Below the pieces are notes generated by a model that did not search any database, was not told the DNA's origin, and was given only the letters and a program-made list of their open reading frames with translations. Below are positions 1-15,131 of a stretch of 64,000 bases of DNA, piece by piece. The stretch lies in assembly GCF_009914755.1 (NCBI RefSeq), contig NC_060930.1; one strand, given 5' to 3'. Source of the stretch: the human T2T-CHM13v2.0 reference genome, Homo sapiens. How positions within the stretch are numbered: position 1 is the stretch's first letter; every line of letters starts with the position of its first letter. A program made the translations under genes and the position numbers.

Positions 1-188
1 CCCGTCTCTGCAAAAAATACAAAATTAGCCAGGCGTGGTGGCGGGTGCCTGTAATCCCAGCTACTCGGGAGGCTGAGGCAGGAGAATCGCTTGAACCCGG
101 GAGGCAGAGGTTGCGGTGAGCCAAGATCACGCATTGCACTCCAGCCTGGGCAACAAAAGTGAAACTCTGTCTCAAAAGAAAAAAAAAA
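1..188 (+). mobile_element. Alu (3' part, cut by window edge)
   Basis: Alu middle A-rich linker, right arm and poly(A) tail. Confidence 0.95.
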
Positions 189-1074
189 GTTAGCTGTAAA
201 ACAGCCTAAGATAAGTCCTTCAGGAGGTGCTCCAGAAGATGGCATTGTTGTCATAGGAGACGACAGCCCCAAGGATATTATTGCCCTTGAAGACATTCCA
301 GTGGGACAAGGAGTAGAGGTGGAAGGCAGTGATATTGATAATCCTTACCCTGTGTGGCCTAGGCTAATGTATGTGTTTCTGTCTTCATTTTTAACAAAAA
401 AGTTTAAAAAGTAAAAAAAAAAAATTTAAATTAAAAATGTTTATAGAATGAGGATATAAAGAACAAATATTTTTATACAGCTGTACAATGTGTTTGTGTA
501 TTAAGCTAAATATTATTAGAAAACAGTCAACAAGATTGTTAAAATTTAAAAGTTCATAGGATAAAAATGTTACGGTAATCTAAGGTTAATTTATTATTGA
601 AGAAAGAAAAAAACGTTAAATATATTTAATGTAGCCTAGGTGTACAGTGTTTATAAAATCTACCATCAGGTACAATAATGTCCTAAGCCTTCACATTTAC
701 TATCTCTCACTCACTGGCTCCCCCAGGGCAGCTTCCAGTCCTGTAAGCTCCATTCATAGTAAGTGCACTACATACATGTAGCATTTCAAATCTTTTTTAC
801 TGTATTTCTACTGTGCCTTTTTAATATTTAGATATGTTTAGATGCAGAAATATTCACCACTGTGTTCCAATTGCCTACAGCATTCAGTTCAGTAACATGC
901 TGTTCAGGTTTGTAGCCTCGAAGCAATAGGCTGTACCCTACAGCCTGGTGCGTAGTGGGCTATACTATCTAGGTTTGTGTAAGCACACTGTATGATGTTT
1001 GCACAATGACAAAATTGCCTAGCAATACCGCATTTCTTAGAACATATCCTTGTGGTTAAGCATCACATGATTAT
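189..1074 (-). mobile_element. Tigger3/GOLEM-like DNA transposon fossil (TcMar-Tigger)
   Basis: Reverse strand reads ...gcttaaccacaaggatatgttctaagaaatgc...cacaaacctagatagtatagccc..., matching the recalled Tigger3 terminus. Confidence 0.75.
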
Positions 1075-1399
1075 AGATGCAAAACTGGTTTATTCACAGG
1101 GCAATTGCATTCTACAAATTCCACCAGTGCAATTAATTGCATTGTACTGGACATAATTTGTTTTCATAGACAAGAATCATTTGCATTATTGTCAGTTTTC
1201 TACAACTTAAAAAGTTGTAAAATAGCTCAAAAGCAATGAAAAATAAATATAACCCTGAAGGGTATACTAGACAGAACACTCAATTTTTTTGTCCATTTCA
1301 GTGTATTTCACAACGTTTATTGGCACCATAATATTGGTTTGTCCTTCTTGAAACATCTTCCATCTCCCATGCCACCCCAATCTCTTAATTTGCCTGTTC

Positions 1400-2620
1400 C
1401 CTTGCTGCTTGTTATATCTCATTCTCTTAGATCCCTCTCCTCTTCCCAATTTCTAAGTGTTGGGTGCCCCAAGGCTCTGAGTTCTTCTCTTTTCTTTTTA
1501 CAGTCTACCTAGGTAATACCACCTCGTCTAAGATTTGGCAAACTATATCCTATGGGCCAAAATCTGACCCACTATCTGCTTTCTAAAATAAAGTTTTATT
1601 GGAACATGGTCATGATCATTCATTCACATATTGTCTATGGCTGCTTTCATATTATAATGGCAGAGTTGAGTGGTTGGGACAATCCTAAAACACTTACCAT
1701 CTTGTTCTTTACAGACAATCTTAATGGCTTTCAAAACATACATTGATAATCCCCAGAGTTACATGTCCAACATGACCTCATCCCAGCACTCTAGACTTGT
1801 TAACACCTCCACCTTCTCCACATCTCCACCACACATCCCAAAGCCACATTTCACCGTGGCCACCCTCACTCCTGTTCCTCTCCAGCACTTCCCATCTCGG
1901 TAAATGACATCCCTGTCCTTGAGTTGCTCAGGCCAAAACCCTTGGTGTCTTTTACTACTCCTCTTTTGCTTTCACACTCCATATCCTTTTCCATTAGAAA
2001 ATTCTGGTTGCTCTTCCTTTATAATAGACCCCGATTCTGTTATACTCTGTCTCTCCCAGCTGCTCTCCTTGCTTCCTCCCTCACCCCACATAGCAGGAAG
2101 GGGCACATCAGAAATAGAATCCAGATCAAGTCCCTCCCTTGCTCAGCTGCTTCCTATCATGCTCAGAAAAAAATGCAAAGTCCGGCCACAGCTCTGGCTG
2201 CTTCTTTGACCCACCTCCCTACCACTCTTTCTCAACTCCTGCTCCACTCCAGCCACACTGGCATCCTTGCTCATCCTCAAAGACAGCAAACACAGTAAAC
2301 ACCCGCCTCCCTAGTCTCTGGATTTTACACGTGCTATTCCTCTGCCTGAAACTTCTGGTCCTGGAGAGCCACGTGGCTCATTTCCTCACTTCAGTCAGGT
2401 CATTGTTCTCTGCTCCTCCTAAAATATCAGTCCTCATCATTTTCTAGCCCCTTACCATGCTACCTTGTTTTGTTTTTCTTCAACCTAATTATATATATAT
2501 GTAATACATATATAATATGTGCATTCTGATATCATTACTCTCAAATACGAGCTCCACGAGAGCAAGCATTTTGACATATAATAGGTGCTCAATAAATATA
2601 TGTTGAATAAATGAATGAAT
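1400..2620 (+). mobile_element. L2 LINE relic (fragmented)
   Basis: Pyrimidine-rich L2-like tracts ending in the L2 3' tail tgctcaataaat...gaataaatgaatgaatg (2586-2621). Confidence 0.7.
1532..1720 (+). mobile_element. MER58A-like hAT-Charlie MITE inside L2
   Basis: ttggcaaacta...gggccaaaatctgacc...aaataaagttttattggaaca...tattgtctatggctgctttc. Confidence 0.75.
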
Positions 2621-3691
2621 GGACATAGTCCAAGCAGAGGGAATAATAAAACAAAATGTAAGCAATTTCCTAAAAGCAGTTTCTCCACACATGAATGGAA
2701 GAAGACTGGGGTCCTGGCTCTAACCCCACCCAGCACTCAGGCAAGCCTTTCAGCTTCCTAAAAGGGAGCCTACCAACAACACACTTGCCCTTTAGAAATG
2801 CAATAAAGTCATCTTAACACAATACAGGGTGGATATATTTCTGCCAGTAAGTGGAAGGGAGGTGGGAAGAAAGGGAGGGGAGAAAGCAGGGGCCTGAGAG
2901 GAAACTATGTATGTGCATTCTTCTAAATCTAGAAGGTGTAGTTGTTCAGTTGGGTGACTTAGAGTCCCTGGCACGTGAGTAAATGTTCTGATGTCCAGTG
3001 GTCCAAGGGGCCTCCAGGCCCAACCCTCATCTCAGCCTGGCCTTTCTATTCAAAGTGTCCCTGGAACCACATCTAGGTCCATACAATGTATCCAGAAAGT
3101 AGAAAGAGGACAGACAACAAACACCACAATTGAGTTAATTGATGGGCAAAGAGTGACCAAGAGCTCTACTTATAAAATGACAAGTATGCATCCGATTATA
3201 AGGTTAGCTATAAATGGACCGGAAGCATCCAGAGCTAAGAAATCATCAACAAAGTGGGAAGGGGAGTTTGTGTGGTGGGGGAGGGGGAGGATGGCAGCTC
3301 ACTGAGTTATTGCAGTAAGAGTCTTGCAGCCATTCTCATAGGGTCTGCCCCACCCTGTCCTCCCCTTGGCCCAGGGAACCTGCTCCAGCTACCAAGCCGA
3401 AGTCCTTCCTCAGGAGAGCCCAGTCAGAGCCTGCCTGGGGAAATTCCAGAGTCAAGTTTGTCTCAGCACCCTCTCACTTCACTTCCCACACTTCTCTCCA
3501 ATTCCAGACACCCCATCACCTGTGTCCCACCATGCATCAGGCTGGGGCTGGTTTCTAATTGCCACCCTCACCTGTACCTAGCACTCACTGTGTTCTACCC
3601 ATCTGAAGGCTCCTGGTTCCAAATTACCTCCTCTCCATTTCTCAAAGTCCTGCTTTCCAGGGCCTGTGAATCTAGATGGAATTTAGGCTAA

Positions 3692-4085
<394 letters not shown>

Positions 4086-4142
4086 GTCCTCTGCATTTCT
4101 TATCCCTGGCTCTTCTTCCCCTATTTCCTCTCTCTCTCTTTT

Positions 4143-4270
4143 CGTAAAATTAGAGACAGGGTCTCACTATGTTGCCCAGGCTGGACTCAAACTCGTGGGC
4201 TCAAGTGATCCTCCTGCCTCAGTCTTCTAAGTAGCTGGGACTACAGGTGCTCGTGCCACCATGGCTGGCT
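4143..4270 (-). mobile_element. Alu monomer (FLAM-like)
   Basis: Single reverse Alu arm. Confidence 0.85.
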
Positions 4271-4418
4271 CCCTCTTCTGATTGAGCAGATTCTCCAGGT
4301 CCAGATCCCAGAAAATACCACCCAAACTGTAACAACCTAATGGGTTCGTCTTGCCCACTGTCCAGAAAAGCTAATGCACTAAGAACATCAGGTGTTGCAG
4401 CAAATAAACAGTTTAATT

Positions 4419-4553
4419 AGCTGGGCATAGTGGCTCACACTTGTAATCTCAGCACTTCAGGAGACCAAGGCAGGAGGATCACTTGAGCCTGGGAGTTTGA
4501 GACCAGCCTGGGCAGCATAATGAGACCTCATCTCTACAAAAAATAAACAAAAT
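4419..4553 (+). mobile_element. Alu left monomer/FLAM
   Basis: Alu left arm followed by A-rich tract. Confidence 0.85.
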
Positions 4554-5101
4554 TGTCAGAGGTGTTTGAACCAGAGCAACTCCATTTTGAATAGGAGCTG
4601 GGCAAAATAAGGCTGAGACCTGCTGAGCTGCATTCCCAGCTGGTTAGGCATTCTAATTTACAGGATGAGATAGGAGGTTGGCACAAGATACAGGTCATAA
4701 AGACCTTGCTGATAAAACAGATTGCAATAAAGAAGCGAGCTAAAACCCACTGAAACCAAGATGGCCATGAGCGTGACCTCTGATTGTCCTCACTGCTACA
4801 CTCCCACCAGCGCCATGACAGTTTACAAATGCTATGACTATGTCAGGAAGTTACCCTATGTGGTCTAAAAAGGGGAGGCAGGAATAATCCACCCCTTGTT
4901 TGGTGTATATTTTAGAAATAACCATTAAAAAGGGTAACCAGCAGCCCTTGGGGCTGCTCTGCCAATGGAGTAGCCATTCTTTTATTCCTTTACTTTCTTT
5001 ATGTACTTATTTTCCCTTTATAGACTCACCCTGAATTCTTTCTTGCACAAGATCCAATAACCCCCTCTTGGGGTCTGGATCAGGACCCCTTTCCAGTAAC
5101 A
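4554..5101 (+). mobile_element. MER41A-like ERV1 LTR
   Basis: TG...CA termini (tgtcagagg...ccagtaaca); homologous to 26356-26984 but lacks its GAS-motif block. Confidence 0.85.
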
Positions 5102-7702
5102 ACTTTCTGGAAAGCCATGAAAAGACTACACTGAGGAGACCCTCGACTCAAAGGAAATAGACTAGCACTGACTGACTGATTTTGGGTACATGGTGGAGTA
5201 CCCGGGTCAAGGATGGGATTGGGTTAGGGGCCCAACTTAGGGGAGTTAGAGTCTCTCCTAAGACAGAGAGGGTTAAAGACCCCTCTTAAGAAAAGGCAAG
5301 GATGCTTGACCAAACCTTGGTTCACGGCCCAACTTAGGAAGATTAGAGTCCTTCCTAAAATGTAGGGGGTTGGAGGCCTGTCTTGGTAAAGTCCCTCTCA
5401 GCTAAGAACAGGTTTGGCATTACAGGATGTTAACTGCTATTTCTTTGGATAAGTCTGCCTTGCACTCTTTGCTGATGGCTGTGGGTGACAGAATTAGTCA
5501 TGTACAGGATCATGGGACATGGGGAGCTTTTTCCTCCCTAAAGGAGGAAACTTGAGAGCTGGTGAAACTGCTGGAAAAGATCCCTTCGTGACTGACAAGA
5601 AGCCACCTGAACTTTTGATTCAGCATCGCTGGGATGGGTGGGTTTTTCTCTGGCCTCTCTGAGCTCTTCACCTTCCCCACCCTACTGCAGACTACGCTTC
5701 ACTCCTTTTCTCTCCTTTCTCTTTCTTATCTTTTCTATTACCCAGGGCTACCATCTTGCCCAGAGACCACAAATTGAAACTCCTGGTTGGAGATTGGATT
5801 AACAATTATGGGGCCAACCGGGGGCAAGTTTGAGCTTTGCCAGTTTGATATTGGGTGCTAAGCAGAGTGGCTGATGTCTGTGTTTTGTCACACGCATTTT
5901 GCTCCAGCCAGAATGGAAAAAAATAATTTTCCTTTGTGTTGAGGGTTGGCCCCCAGAGCTATGGTGCAGCAAGCCAGGTCACTAGGGCCACTCAGGCAAA
6001 GGGAACCCAGAAGCCTGGCATGCTGGCAAAAGGGTAAGAATTTCTGACCAGTCAGACTTCTGGCCTCTCTCTCTTGCTGTGCAAACTGATTGAATGAATG
6101 GTAAAAATCTCTGTTTATCTTCTGTAAAGTTTTAATTAATGAGAAAAAGGATTTGTGAGGGTAATCTTATGCTGTAGCAAATCTGGTGTGCTTTGTGTGT
6201 CTTTCTGTATTGTTCTGTCATAAAGATGGGTACCGTAGGATAGAATGCAAGCCTAGGACCCCTGTAAACCCACTGTTCAAGATGGTCCAGCAAACTGGTC
6301 AGTTACAAATTTTGCTGCAGGTCTCTGAAACCAAAAAAACTGGATAAAGTTTCCCTCTCATCTTGTTTCATGTCCTTGGGAGCTTGACCTTGTAACCATG
6401 TGGCAGTACTGTCTCTTGGTCTCTGCCATTTTACAATGATGGCCTGGGTTCAATTCCAGCTTAGGAGATGACCCCTTTCTGGTTTGATTTCTGCATGACC
6501 TTTAACATTTGTTGACTCTCTTCCCCTCCATGTACAATTTCTGGTTCCCTTCTTGAATCTTCCTTTCTTTTAGCTACCACTGGAGATTCTAGATCTTGTA
6601 AAAACTGCTTACCACCTTTTTGAAAATACCTCATACACTCGTGATTAAGCCATAACTTTAGTTAAGACTTGTTGGTTTCACCTGTGAGGTTGCTTTTGGT
6701 AAAGTTCAAAAGCCAGGAATCTTGGCCGTTTGGCCTGGCTAAAGTCTGGTAATACGAGATTTAAAAGGACTTTTTAAAAGAGCACTGTGGTTAAGTCAGC
6801 TTATTCAAGCTCTAACAGCCTGGAAATCCTTGGGGAAAACATAGGAGGAGCCACAGATCCCATTTTGGGAAAAACCTCTGTTTTCCTCATGGAACCCCAG
6901 GGATTAAAAAGTGGATAGATTCCTCTCAAAATCTAAGGCTTTGTACTGTTTTGCATTGCATTAACTGACATTTTTTACTTTTGGGGGTATTAAAAATTAC
7001 TTCCCATTATGAGAGAGCTTTGGTGTATAATAACTAGGTAGGCAAATATTTTGTCAGAAAAATAAAAAGTGTGATGCATTTTAGTTCACATGACTTGAGT
7101 AATCTTTGAGAAATAAAAATGGTTTTAAAGATTACTGGTAAAATAAAAATATCTTCAAAAATGTAGACATTTGGTCTAAATTATGCAGGTCATATATTAG
7201 GTTTGCTAAATGCTTTAAGGTAATGAACTGCTTCTTTGACTTTTTGGAAGGTTTCTGAAAAATTGGTCTTACAAAAGAAATTATGTGTGTGAACATATTG
7301 GCTAAAGTTAAAGGAATTAATCTTCAGTTTTTCAATAAATTGAATATTGGAATAAAAGCACAACCGGTTTTTCTTAGAGCACTGATCTGCTCTTTAACAA
7401 AAATTATAAATTATGTCTTTTTCTGACTTAATTAATCTTTTAAGATATTAGGTTTCCTAAAGTCCAAAAATAACATAATTTGGCTTATTTGGCATAAAAA
7501 TTATACAGAAAGCATTGTCAAATATGAAATAATGTTTGACTTTCTTTGGGCTGTATTTGTAGAAATATCTTACTGGTATGTGTTCAAAAGTTATGTGAAA
7601 CTCCTATAATTCTGGTAGGACTTAGTATACATTATCAGTAATAACTGTTACGTTAAATTATTGTGTGCTACAGAGGTAACAAATTTCTTTGTCAACCGTG
7701 GT
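5102..7702 (+). mobile_element. MER41/MER4-group non-autonomous internal sequence, 3'-truncated
   Basis: Follows the LTR directly; degenerate PBS-like tggaaagccatgaaaagac; non-coding and increasingly AT-rich; no 3' LTR. Confidence 0.7.
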
Positions 7703-7709
7703 TTTTTGT

Positions 7710-7740
<31 letters not shown>

Positions 7741-7970
7741 GTTTTCTTGAGACAGAGTCTTGCTCTGTTGCCCAGGTTGGAATGCAATGGTGTGATCTTG
7801 GCACTGCAACCTCTGCCTCCCAGGTTCAAGTGATTCTCCTGCCTCAGTCTCCTGAGTAACTGGGATTACAGGCGCACACCACCACACCCGACTAATTTTG
7901 TATTTTTAATAGAGATGGGGTTTCACCAGGTTGGCCAAGCTGGTCTCAAAATCCTGACCTCAAGTGATCC
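7703..7970 (-). mobile_element. Alu (5'-truncated) with (TTTTG)n tail
   Basis: Reverse Alu stopping at caagtgatcc. Confidence 0.9.
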
Positions 7971-9906
7971 AAGTGATTTTTTTAAAAAAATTAGAAAAAA
8001 AATGTTAATTATCACCAACCGAGCAGAAGTACAGGAAACATTTCTCAAATTCACCTCCCCAAAAGCTCTGAGGCTAGGGTTTTTAGGTACAATTTGGCAG
8101 GCAGGGGGCTAAGAAATGGGTGCTGCTGATTGATTGGGAATGAAATATGTTAGTGTCCGAAGTGTCTTCGCATGCTGAGTTTGTTTCTGGATGGGAGTTT
8201 CTGTGTGGGTGTCATGTTCCTTGGTATGAGTCACGGGTCCAGGTGGAGTCAGTTGGTTGCCAGAATACAAAAGTCTGAAAAATATCTCAAAGATCAATTT
8301 TAGGTTTTGACAATAATGATGTTATCTGTAGGAGCAATTGGGATTGGGGAAGTTACAGATCTTGTGCCCTTCAGCTACCAGCTACGTTACTCTTGAGCTG
8401 TAAGGATTTACAGAAAAGCAAGCTAGGGAACAATAGCTGTTAATCATTTAACTACGCCTACATTTTAGCAGAATTCAGGCCCCTCCCATAATCCTAATCT
8501 TGGGGACTTTCAGGAGTCTTACAAAGACTGTTTCAGTTCCTGGGCAAGGAGAATATTAGTTTTGGCTGTTATTAGAAGAGGCTGTTATTCTCTTTGTTTT
8601 ACAGTTAACAAAGGGGATTAGCTTGTGAGGCTAGAAGCCAGATGACGCCAGCTATATCAGATTTCTCTCACTGTCATAATTTTTGCAAAGGCAGTTTCAC
8701 TACTACTTGATAAAGCCAAGCCTCACAGCAGTAAGGGAAACTACTTACTTGCCAGAGTCTTAATAGTGTTCAGAAAGCAGAGGACGAAAGGAGATGAGGT
8801 TTTGGAGTCTGGTTCCAGGCAGGTATTTCAACGGAGGGGCTGGATTGGGGTTTGATAATGATCTTGATATGAGTTTAGGATTGGAGGACACAGTGAGGTG
8901 GGGATTTTGAGGCAAGGGGTTCAAAAGATTCTGGGGAGCAAACTGTTGTTTCACACTTTCTACTGAAAAGTTTAACCATTTGATATTCATTTAAATGAGT
9001 TTGGGAAATTCCTGAAATGAACCACAAGGTATTTGTAACATATATCTTTCTGGGAAAGAGTTTCCTGGAATAGTAAAGTCATGTTAATGAAGACAGCGCA
9101 ATAGTAAAATGATGTCAATGTAGAAAGCCAGCTGTGTGGAGGGAAATTGTTTCAGTTCTCATCACACACCTACAGGCTCCTCAGCCCACCTCTTCCTCAT
9201 CGGCTTAGATCCTAAGCCCCAGCTCTCCACTGAATGAAGTAACTCTCTAAGATTCCCATGCGAATAGGTCACCCTGTCTAATATCCTCCCATGGCTCCTT
9301 GGCTTTCAGAATTGTGTCATCTCCTCATCATAGCTTTGAAGGACTCCCAGGACTAGATTCCTGCTCCCCTCTCAGGTATCACCTCCAGTCACGTTCCCAT
9401 ACAACTCCTCTGCTCTAGAACTGCAGGGCTCCGTCAGTTCCCATGATGCATGGTGCCCACTCACACCACCACACCTTTGTCCATGTCAGCCTGTCAGCCT
9501 GGAAATCCCTCCCTACCTCACTGGATAAATCCTATTCATTCTTCAGGATGCAGTTACAGTGCCACTTGATGTTTGGTCTCTGATGACAACCAAATAATTT
9601 CCAACTCCTTTCTCCAGCTTCAGAAAGTGAGCTGTGGAGTCAGAAACACTACCTAACAGCTATGTAATCCTGAGGGATTCATTTAGCCTCTCTTTCTCTT
9701 GAAGGTAACAATAGTGCCTACCTGGTTATGATTATTAAATAAGACCAGTGTTTCCCACACTTCAGCATCCCACCACTGATGACCACCTTCATATCTGTCA
9801 TATCGCTATAATTTTCTAAATAAATTGACTCACATTGTAAAATTCCTTTTTTAAAAAGAGATGGAGTCTTGCTCTATCACTCAGGCTGCTGGAGTGCAAG
9901 TAGCGC

Positions 9907-10903
<997 letters not shown>

Positions 10904-12621
10904 GTGCAATCATAGCTTGCTGCAGCCTCAAACTCCTGGCCTCAAGCAATCCTCCCACGTCAGCCTCCTGAGTAGCTGGGACTATAGCAGTGTGACCATG
11001 CCCAATTTAAAACTAGTATTTAATATGCTTGTTTTTATATGCTATGTGTATTCATCAGAGCTAAGTAGTGGAAACAGAAACCCCTCTAAGTATTTCAAGC
11101 AGAGAGGGATATAAGTAAGATAATTATATGCTTTCAACATTGTTGGAAGAGCTGGAGGAGAAGTCAGGGGTCATAACATGAGTACTGGTTTCAAGGTCAC
11201 ACCACCAGAGTTTCAACCCAGAGATCAGGAAGCTGCTGGGCAGCTGCTGTTACCGCCATGGCAGCACCACCACTGCACCACTGCCTCACTCCCGCTTATG
11301 AGGAAGATTGAACTGGGAACACTGCACAATTCCAAAAGGAACAATGCAGCCTATGTCATTGGTCATCTCACCCTGTGTCCTCTAAGAAAAGACAAAGTAA
11401 GGAATGAAGCGTGGGTCATCTAAGGAACAAAGCTAACCCTGGTTCTTGCCTCGCTGGAACACCTGCACTGCTCTTATGATGGCCTTTCTTAAAAGGACGT
11501 TTATTTTCTGACTCCCATTTCCCTCCACCTCTCTTCCATCCTGCTGCTTCCAATTCTCTTTAGCTTCTTTAAGCAACTACAAGTGGCCAGTTGCTATCAA
11601 AGACTAGGAGAAGGTTTAAAGGAGGGATATTCATAAGATTTGGTCCTTCATTTAATAAGTACGTGTGTTACCTGCATCTTCTCTGCGTGCAGGGGCAAAA
11701 ATGAGTTTAAGATGTAATCCTTTATGTAAAAACATACATACATGGCACCAGACACTGTGCTAAGCCCTTAGCATTCATTATCCCATTTACTTCTCTCAGA
11801 TCTCTAAGATCAACACTGCTGTCATCCTCATATTCAGATAAGAAAAATGAGACTCAGAGAGAATGGGTAGTCTTTTTAATGTCACCCAAGCTCTAGAGTT
11901 GCAGAGACAGATTCAAACCCAGCCCTGTCTTACCCCAAAGCCACTGCCCATTCCATGACAGTGGCATTTCTTGTTATCGAAAAGTGTGGTGTTTTGCCGA
12001 GATGCCATCAAAATAACTAGAACCTAAATCTGGTAACTTCAAACTGTCAGTTCCCCACTCTCCCTAAGAAATGCCTACAAGTTCCTGTGCCATCAGCGCT
12101 CAAAGGCAGCCGACTGGCCTGGGGGTCAAATCAAAAGCCTTAAGACTCCAGGGAGGAAGTACTTGCTTCTGAGTATGGTATTGAAGACTTCCAGAAAGAC
12201 TCAACATTTGATCCAAGATTGGAAAGATAAGTAAACATTGCCAGGCAGAGGTGGGGCAAAGAGCATGTTCCAGGTAAAGATGCAGATGTGGGAAAACCCA
12301 GGACCTGTTTGAGGGGCGTGTGGAACACGCTGGAAACAGCAGCAGATGAGGAGAGGACAAGTGTGTGGCGCTTAGCCTAGTGCCCGGCACATAGGAAGTA
12401 CCGGGTACATTTTCCTGGAAGGCCTTGGAACTCATCGTTAAGAGAGCAGCCTCGGAGTCAGAGGCCTGGCTGTAAATTCTGTCTCTACCACTTAAAAACT
12501 GTGAGGCCTTGGGCACTGGCTTATCTCTCAGGTGTCACTTCCCCATCAAAATGGTGAACTAACAGTCTTGCCTCATGGTGGTCATGAGGATCAAATGACA
12601 TAGGCCCTCTTAAGTGCTCTC

Positions 12622-13394
<773 letters not shown>

Positions 13395-13668
13395 CTTTCT
13401 TCATGGCTTCAGCTGCAAGTAACAGCAAACCCAACTCAAACAGTCCGAAGAAAACAAGGGACGTTTTTGACTCACTCTGGGAAAAGTCCAGAGGTGGAAC
13501 AAGCCCCACGTGCCATGGAATCCAGAGAGACAGTGTCATCAGGTCTCCCTTTCTCTCTCATTCTCCATCACTTCTCCTCTCTGCTTCTCTGTGTAGATTT
13601 CAAACCCAGAAGAGAGAAGCCCCCTCTCCACCACACCTACACATCACATTTCAGAAAGCTAAGGATGG

Positions 13669-13982
13669 GGCCGGGCGCGGTGGCTCACGCCTGTTATCCC
13701 AGCACTTTGAGACGCTGAGGCAAGAAGATCACCTGAGGTTAGGAGTTCGAGGCCAGCCTGACCAACATGGCGAAACCCTGTCTCCACTAAAAATACAAAA
13801 ATTAACCAGGCGTGGTGGCACTTGCCTGTAATCTCAGCTACTCTGGAGGCTGGGACAGGAGACCAGCTTGAACCCAGGAAGCAGAGGTTTCAGTGAGCCA
13901 AGATAGTACCACTGCACTCCAGCCTGGGCGATAGAGCAAGACTCCATCTCAAAAAAAAAAAAAAAAAAAAGAAAGAAAGAAA
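13669..13982 (+). mobile_element. Alu (S-type)
   Basis: Full dimer; TSD agaaagctaaggatgg/agaaagctgagagtgg. Confidence 0.95.
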
Positions 13983-14014
13983 GCTGAGAGTGGCGGTGGG
14001 GCGGCAGAGAGTAG

Positions 14015-14144
14015 AATGCTCGGATTGGCTGGCCTGTGGCCAGGCTGTGAAAAGCTCTCATTGGCTGGCCCATGGCCAGGCTGTGAAGGGTTCTGATTGG
14101 CTGGCCTGTAGCCAGGCCGTGAAATGCTCTGACTGGCTGGCCTG
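14015..14144. repeat. 36-bp tandem repeat, ~3.6 copies, each with an ATTGG/CCAAT-type box
   Basis: Unit ~aatgctctgattggctggcctgtggccaggctgtga read directly from the sequence. Confidence 0.9.
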
Positions 14145-15092
14145 CATCATATGCTCATCTCTCATCAATAGCAGCACAACACTTCAGAGACTGGGAGAGG
14201 AAGTGGGGGAGAAAGCACATTCCTGGAAAGGGATTTTAGATGGACAAATTAACATTTAGATGCTTTTAACAGAGTACCTGGCTTGTGATAAGTCAATAAA
14301 GTTGGGGCCACAAGGAGGAGGGGAGCCTTGAATTCTAGGCCAAGACTACTGAGCTTTAGTTAATGGACAGTGGGGAGCTTACTGAAGTTTTTGTCCAGAG
14401 TGGTGCTGTCAGAAGATTGGTCTGATAATGGGGTGTAGCAGAGAGTGGAGGAGGGTGGAGAAGCTGATGGCAGAAAGATTCTCTGGGAGCCTAGTATTCA
14501 CCATCCAGGTTAAAGAGATGATAGTAGATACAGAATAAAGGGCTTCACTCAATGATGGAGAAGAATGACAGGCTATGGGAACCTACTCCCTGGGGTCAGC
14601 AAATAAACGTGAGGAGGGGAGAGGAGGTTACAAGCCTGAGTATCTGACAGGATGGTGGTCTGACCTTTCCAGCTTCTCTCTTTCCTCCTCCCTCTTTTCC
14701 GCCTTTCCCTCCCTCCCCACTCTCTTTCAAAATGATGCATGTTTCCCTCTTATCCTGGACAGCACAGTCTTTCTCTGATGTATTTCACGTGCACACCTGC
14801 TGAGGGCTCTACCTGGAGCAGTTTTGAAAGGATTGGTTCCTAAACAAATGCAGTGAATTAAGAAAGGTTCCAGTGAATGAAATGTTTTCCCTCTTAGCAT
14901 AAAAAAAAGAAACAAACAGGGGATCTGTAGAATGTGCAAAAGACCTGGAATACCTACTATCAGTCTCTTTCAAAGAACATGAAATGGATAAAATTTTGGC
15001 CTAGGAACCTTGAGTGTTATAACATGTTGATGTTAGAAATGCAAAGAATGTAGCAGAAGATGGGTTCTGCCAGCATCAGTAGAGAGGTGAAA

Positions 15093-15131
15093 GGTGTGTG
15101 TGCATCTGTGTGTGTGTGTGTGTGTGTGTGT
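15093..15131. repeat. (TG)n microsatellite, interrupted
   Basis: Direct reading. Confidence 0.9.

Larger units (their letters stand above)
4328..8699 (-). mobile_element. LTR8-like ERV1 LTR split by nested insertions (pieces 4328-4418 and ~8000-8699)
   Basis: Termini tgtaacaacc...gggttcgtcttgccc and ...ttttgcaaaggcagtttca; similar to the LTR at 47131-47852. Confidence 0.7.
13400..14225. mobile_element. Old MaLR LTR (MLT1J/K-like) relic
   Basis: gctgcaagtaacagcaaacccaactcaaac end motif and ctgattggc...ggccagg motifs; diverged. Confidence 0.5.

Noticed and set aside
5200-5410. Internal ~100-bp direct repeat (ggcccaacttagg..ttagagtc)
   Set aside because: Within the MER41 internal leader and probably part of the family consensus
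14015-14144. 36-bp repeats as a CRISPR array
   Set aside because: Units are contiguous with no unique spacers, there are no cas genes, and the DNA is primate
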